From Macrostomum lignano (lineage: Eukaryota), in the NCBI GenBank assembly GCA_002269645.1, contig NIVC01002137.1:94609-158608 (forward strand): a stretch of 64,000 nt of DNA. The letters run 5' to 3'. How positions within the stretch are numbered: position 1 is the first letter of the stretch; each line of letters opens with the position of its first letter. The translations under genes were made by a program, and so were the position numbers. Of this stretch, positions 58,601 to 64,000 are shown piece by piece. Under the pieces are notes generated by a model. That model saw only the letters and a program-made list of their open reading frames with translations, had not been told where the DNA came from and searched no databases.

Positions 58601-61600
58601 TGACGTTGCGGCCAACGATGCTGACGCCGTCGCTGAGCACCGTCAAATGGGCTACCGGCTAGTAGACCGGGGTTCGAGCTCGCAGTTGCACACCTTCCAA
58701 ATCGATTCGAATTCCGGCGACGTGTGCCTGAATTCCACGCCGAAATTGTGCACCGCCGGTGTCTACCGATTTCAGCTGGAGGTCTTCGACAAGGACAGGC
58801 CGCGCGGCCGCGTCAGTCGGAAGCTGGTGATCGTCACTTTCGAGGGCGGCGGTCGGCGACCGGGCAGTTCAGTCGCTGCTAATGACAACCGGTGGCTGTC
58901 AGGCCACGGCAACGATCCGACACTGTCGGCCGGAGGTGGCGCCGCTGACGGCGAGAATTTCAACGGGAGCGAAAGAGATGCCAAGCCGGCAGTGCTGGCT
59001 TCGGTGCTAATCGTGTTCCTGGTGGCTCTGGTGGGCCTGACCACTTTGGTGGTGATTATTCTGCTGCGCTGGTGCGCGGGTCACCGTCATAAAAGTGCAC
59101 CTAGTGAGTGACGCCTCAACGATAAGAGCTCTTGGTTGTGGGAGCATATCGTCGAAGGCTTTGCGCCAGGGTGTCCAAAACAGTCGTACTTTTATATTCT
59201 GTTCCAACAAGAGCGGAAATTGTAATGAGGAGCCAAAATAGAAAATAGGATTATATCTGAGCATTCGGGTATTACAGGTAGTAATGTTGGAAACTTCTGA
59301 AGCCTATAACTTCAAAAAGCTAAATATTGACGCTTATAAAAGCTCTATTTAAATGGGTCTTTCAACACTGTGGAGTTTGACTATATAAACTTTAACTTTC
59401 GAATTTATGAAAGCCTAAAGCCTGAAGCTTACGCAATGAAAAATTAGTTTTTCTGTTAATTTTTTTAGTATCAAAAGTCCTAGAAGAAGCATGCCTTATA
59501 CTCGTACTATAGTATTGCCATCGATTTTTTCCTTTTTTCGTGAATCTGCCTTTTGTAAGCTGCCTGATCAGTTGTGGTCTTTTTCCAATGCACTCGGTCT
59601 CAAGTCACACCGAGCGAGAGGAAGAGAGAGAAGTGGAAAAAATGAGCAATTCTTGCGGTAAGTAAAAGAAGGATTTTCTGAATAATGCTCATCTGAGCAG
59701 CTGTAGCTAACGGCTGAGCTCACGACTGAGCACATTAATCCAAGACTGACTATGCGGAATGCTGCATTGGATAGTCAGGGGCCTTGATTCAGATGGGGGC
59801 AGATTATCTTATTTAGTGGGTTTCTTGTCTTAGTAAAATGAAATATCAATGCAATTTTGTTTATTTTAAACATTTTCGATGATTAATTAAAAGATAAGAT
59901 TGTATCATCGTTTGTGTCAATAATTTCGGTTACGCCTGACTACATCATCCTGTCAAATTTCAGACGACAATCGCTCAAGAACACAGGGCACATCGGTGGT
60001 GAGTTCGTCAACTCAACAGAATCAGCAGAGGCAGCTGCAACAGTCAATAGGCTGCCTGTCTCCCATGGATGTTTCCGCGAGCAGTTCAGAGAGAGTCTTG
60101 CTTGATAAACAGTATGCCATGGTGAGCAGAGCTCTTCATGTCTGTCACTCCAGTATCACTCTTGAGTGTCTGTCACTCCATGCAGTATCAGTCTCGGTGC
60201 CTGTCACTCCAGTATCACTCTTGAGTTTCTGTCACTCCATGCAGTATCAGTTTCGGTGCCTGTCACTCCATGCAGTATCAGTCTCGGTGCCTGTCACTCC
60301 ATGCATTATCAGTCTCGGTGCCTGTCACTCCAGTATCAGTCTCGGTGTCTGTCACTCCAGTATCAGTCTCGGTGTCTGTCACTCCAGTATCAGTCTCGGT
60401 GTCTGTTCACTCCAGTATCAGTCTCAGTGCCTGTCACTCCAGTATCAGTCTCAGTGCCTGTCACTCCAGTATCAGTCTCGGTGTCTGTCACTCCAGTATC
60501 AGTCTCGGTGCCTGTCACTCCAGTATCAGTCTCGGTGTCTGTTCACTCCAGTATCAGTCTCGGTGCCTGTCACTCCATGCAGTATCAGTCTCGGTGTCTG
60601 TCACTCCAGTATCAGTCTCGGTGCCTGTCACTCCAGTATCAGTCTCGGTGTCTGTCACTCCAGTATCAGTCTCGGTGCCTGTAACTCCAGTATCAGTCTC
60701 GGTGCCTGTAACTCCAGTATCAGTCTCAGTGCCTGTCACTCCAGTATCAGTTTCGGTGCCTGTCACTCCAGTATCAGTATCGGTGCCTGTCACTCCAGTA
60801 TCAGTCTCGGTGCCTGTCGCTCCGCAGGTAGCGATGCCAGGCGCAGGAGGCGGTGGTTCGCATCGATATGACAGCCTCGGCAGGCAGCAGCCGCACCGGC
60901 ATCCGCAGCGACACCGCAACGCCTCGTTGAACAACGGCGACGACCTTAGCTCTGTAGAAGATGATCCAGACGCCGCCGCCGCCGCCGCCGTTGCTGCAGC
61001 AAACGCAAGCAGAACGATGCGTGAGTTATCGATCGTGCTCGTTTCCTGGACACACATTTATCGCATAACGATTAAAAGCGAATTATTAACAAATCGGGTT
61101 AGCGGTATGGGGTTAGCGGTGTGGAGTTAGCGGTGTGGGGTTAGCGGTGCGGGGTTAGTTGTGTGGGGTTAGCGGTGCGGGGTTAGTTGTGTGGAGTTAG
61201 CGGTGTGGGGTTAGTGGTGTGGGGTTAGCGGTGTGGGGTTAGCGCGGTGTGGGGTTAGTGGTGTGGGGTTAGCGGTGTGGGGTTAGCGCGGTGTGGGGTT
61301 AGCGGTGTGGGGTTAGCGCGGTGTGGGGTTAGTTGTGTTGGGTTAGTGGTGTGGGGTTAGTGGTGTGGGGTTAGCGGTGTGGGGTTAGCGCGGTGTGGGG
61401 TTCGTTGTGTGGGGTTAGCGGTGTGGGGTTAGCGGTGTGGGGTTAGCGGTGTGGGGTTAGCGGTGTAGGGTTAGCGGTGTGGGGTTAGCGGTGTAGGGTT
61501 AGCGGTGTGGGGTTAGCGGTGTGGGGTTAGCGGTGTGGGGTTAGCGCGGTGTGGGGTTAGCGGTGTAGGGTTAGCGTGTGGGGTTAGCGGTGTGGGGTTA

Positions 61601-62178
61601 GCGGTGTGGGGTTAGCGCGGTGTGGGGTTAGTTGTGTTGGGTTAGTGGTGTGGGGTTAGTGGTGTGGGGTTAGCGGTGTGGGGTTAGCGGTGTGGGGTTA
61701 GCGGTGTGGGGTTCAGAGACTTATGAAATCAAAATAGTAAATTTATCTTCAATTTGAAAACCACCTTCTATGCAACTGGTAAGTCATCGCATTCATTCGC
61801 CACAATGATGCCCTCTCAGCTACGAAGGTCATCAGCTCAAGCAGCAGTAGAAACTACCGCAGCCAGCAGCAGCTGTTGTTGCACTATCAGGGTCAGCAGC
61901 ACCAGCGGGCAGCCTACCAGGAGCTCACCCAGCCTCTGCCGCCGCATCACTCCGGCAGTGAGGGCTACATGGCCTGCCAGCAGTTCCAGTTCCAGGTGCC
62001 GAGCTGCGTCTCCAGGCCAAGGATTAACGCCGATGGCGCCAGCAGCAGCGGCCAGTCGATGATGAACGCAGCCGAGCCGCTGGCGCAGAGCCGCTCGTGC
62101 TCCAGAATGATCGATTCGAAGCGGCCGAGCCAGCCGTCGTCTTTGAAGTCGTCATATTTAACAATTAGCCACGTGTAG
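55613..62178 (+). CDS. Protocadherin, 7 extracellular cadherin repeats + TM + cytoplasmic tail (delta-protocadherin-like layout); one frame break near 56860-56893
   Basis: It has a signal peptide, repeated DxNDNxP linkers and LDRE/DxD motifs. The TM segment is PAVLASVLIVFLVALVGLTTLVVIILL. Exons 55613-57114, 57879-59103, 59964-60121, 60828-61020 and 61820-62178 have matching phases 0, 1, 0, 1. Confidence 0.88.
57359..57517. mobile_element. ~160-bp hairpin/MITE in protocadherin intron 1
   Basis: GCAGTCAAGGACCACTAGAAGTTACCGTTGTA ... TACAACGGTAACTTCTTAGTGGTCCTTGGTTGC inverted arms. Confidence 0.7.
57520..57810 (+). mobile_element. Possible tRNA-derived SINE (degenerate tRNA-like head + body shared with 20489-20690)
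   Basis: A-box-like TAGCCGTCTAGCGCGG and B-box-like GGCTCGATTCT ending GTCGCCA. It does not fold as a full tRNA. Confidence 0.4.
60140..60822. repeat. Intronic 27-bp minisatellite (CAGTATCAGTCTCGGTG[CT]CTGTCACTC)
   Basis: Tandem units ending at the acceptor at 60827. Confidence 0.93.
61098..61712. repeat. Intronic 14-bp G-rich minisatellite (GCGGTGTGGGGTTA)
   Basis: Tandem units containing GGGGTTAG. Confidence 0.94.
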
Positions 62179-62521
62179 ATTTTGATGCAAGTGGTACATA
62201 TAGGTGGAACATTAACAATAAGAATAATAATATACAGGCGCTATACTGAAGGCTGCGTTGGCTGTTCAGTCCAAGGACTTGGGGGGGGGGGTCTCCACAT
62301 GCACCCTCGACCAAGCAGAGTTTTCGACGGATGTCTTATGAAGCCTCCCATTTTGTAGCTGAGTGAACTACTGAATTGCAATGTAGAGTTAAATGTCTTG
62401 CGACCTTCTGAATTGCCACTCCGACGCTCTAAACTAGCAGGCTACAACCCCTTACGTAGGTGAGAGGACTTACTATAATTATCTGATAATAAAAACCAAT
62501 AGAAGTTTTAATTAAATTAAT

Positions 62522-63176
62522 CGGGAGCACGAAAAATTCCCGCAGGAGAATAGCCCGCAGGAGAATTGCCCGCAGAAGAATTGCCCGCGGGAATTGCCCG
62601 CAGGAGAGTTGCCCGCAGAAAAATTCCGCGCAGGAGAATTGCCCGCGGAGAATTGCCCGCAGGAGAATTGCCCGCGGGAGAATTGCCCGCAGGAGAATTG
62701 CCCGCAGAAGAATTGCCCGCAGAAGAATTGCTCGCAGGAGAATTGCCCGCTGGAGAATTGCCCGCAGGAGAATTGCCCGCAGAAGAATTGCCCGCAGAAG
62801 AATTGCTCGCAGGAGAATTGCCCGCAGAAGAATTGCCCGCGGGAGAATTGCCCGCAGGAGAGTTGCCCGCAGAAAAATTCCCGCAGGAGAATTGCCCGCA
62901 AAGCTTTTTTCCTGCAGCGCATTTTGGCAGCCAAATTCGATCTGTCTGCACTGCCCCCGCAAAATATGCATTTGATATGCAGTTACCATCAAAACGTTTG
63001 ATCGGGAAATTCTCTTTATTAAGACTTACTAAGCATTGGGGAGGCAATTCAGACAAAATCTACCGCGTGGCCAAATGCAATTGCGGGCAAACCTTGGCGG
63101 GAAAAAAACTCGGCGGGCAATTCGCTCGCGGCAATTCTCTTGCGGGCAATTCGTCTGCAGGCAATTCTCATGGATC
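62522..63176. mobile_element. Foldback-like element: expanded left arm of 15-bp GGAGAATTGCCCGCA units, spacer, short inverted right arm
   Basis: Direct array at 62530-62900 and reverse-complement units (TGCGGGCAATT, GGCAATTCTC) at 63080-63170. Confidence 0.6.
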
Positions 63177-64000
63177 CAAATTATAAATCATTTGGACTTA
63201 AAAAGTTTGTGTAATATCGATATACATGTAAATATTCAATATATTTTTATCTATACATTTACTTCATCTTACTACTCGCAGTAAAATATTTCCAGTAGTC
63301 ATCTCAGCTGGCTATACGATCTCTTCCAGAAATATTTTGCATACTGTAACTATCGTCTCAATTAAATCAATTAAATTTAAAACGTAATTAATCCGGGCTT
63401 TTATTTCTCTTTAGACTTTAGATCGACGTGTGCACTATATGTATTCTGAAAAAATATCTTGCTAATCGAATTATTGAATCTCGTGTTGCAGAATAATATA
63501 TACATGTATTCCAACAAATATTTTTCTGGTTATTATATTTCCATAAATATATTTTGCTTCCTATTTAAAACGCTCAAAAAAATTCCTAATTCTCTAGTTT
63601 ATTATTTTACTAGAGAGAATTCTTCTATTTTATTGTCATTTACTGTTGCTCGTTAAATCATCGCACGTCGACAGGTTGGTGCCTGCATGTATGGTCTTTG
63701 CTTAAACGGGGCCAGCAATTGGTGAGCAGCAGCTAAATGAAAGACGTGTAGTGCTATATATAATTTAATTGTAGGCTTGTCAAGAAGACTCGACACAAAA
63801 TCACGTGACCCATCTGTTGCAAACGCCGCAGGCGTTTGTTCCACCTAAGTATTGTTTGGTTAGATGTTCATGTCGCTGCTAGGCCCCTTCGGCAGCTATA
63901 GCTATTTCAAATTTAAGGCCTGATCGTTGTCTTGATTATCTTACATGACCATTCTCAAAAGGCCGCGCGAGAAGCAGCTGCACCGAGTAGTCGAGTCTAG

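Noticed and set aside
61098-61712. True telomere or chromosome end
   Set aside because: The unit is 14 bp rather than TTAGGG, and it is internal to a gene with a downstream exon.

Overview
Eukaryotic (metazoan) genomic DNA, not prokaryotic. It has GC-rich spliced exons with poly-Ala/Gln tracts, and most longer introns are filled by a different short-unit minisatellite. This style suggests a flatworm such as Macrostomum (inference only). I assembled seven gene models by hand using GT-AG sites and phase matching: a TRIM9/67-like B-box protein (3' part, +), a 117-aa secreted six-cysteine prepropeptide (+), a STIL/Ana2-like centriole protein (-), prenylcysteine oxidase (-), two uncharacterised proteins of ~942 and ~551 aa (-), and a 7-EC protocadherin with one frame break (+). 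A transposon cluster at 27-36.5 kb holds several MITEs, a 5'-truncated RNase H non-LTR retroelement with a 12-bp TSD nested in a TIR element, and a 1.5-kb miniature LTR element with identical LTRs, PBS, PPT and TSD. The best novelty candidate is the unrecognised Cys-rich peptide gene, which lies directly behind a 2.7-kb satellite whose 23-bp unit carries a canonical AP-1 site (TGAGTCA). Most long ORFs in the supplied track are artefacts of tandem repeats. All coordinates were derived by eye, and repeat boundaries are approximate.
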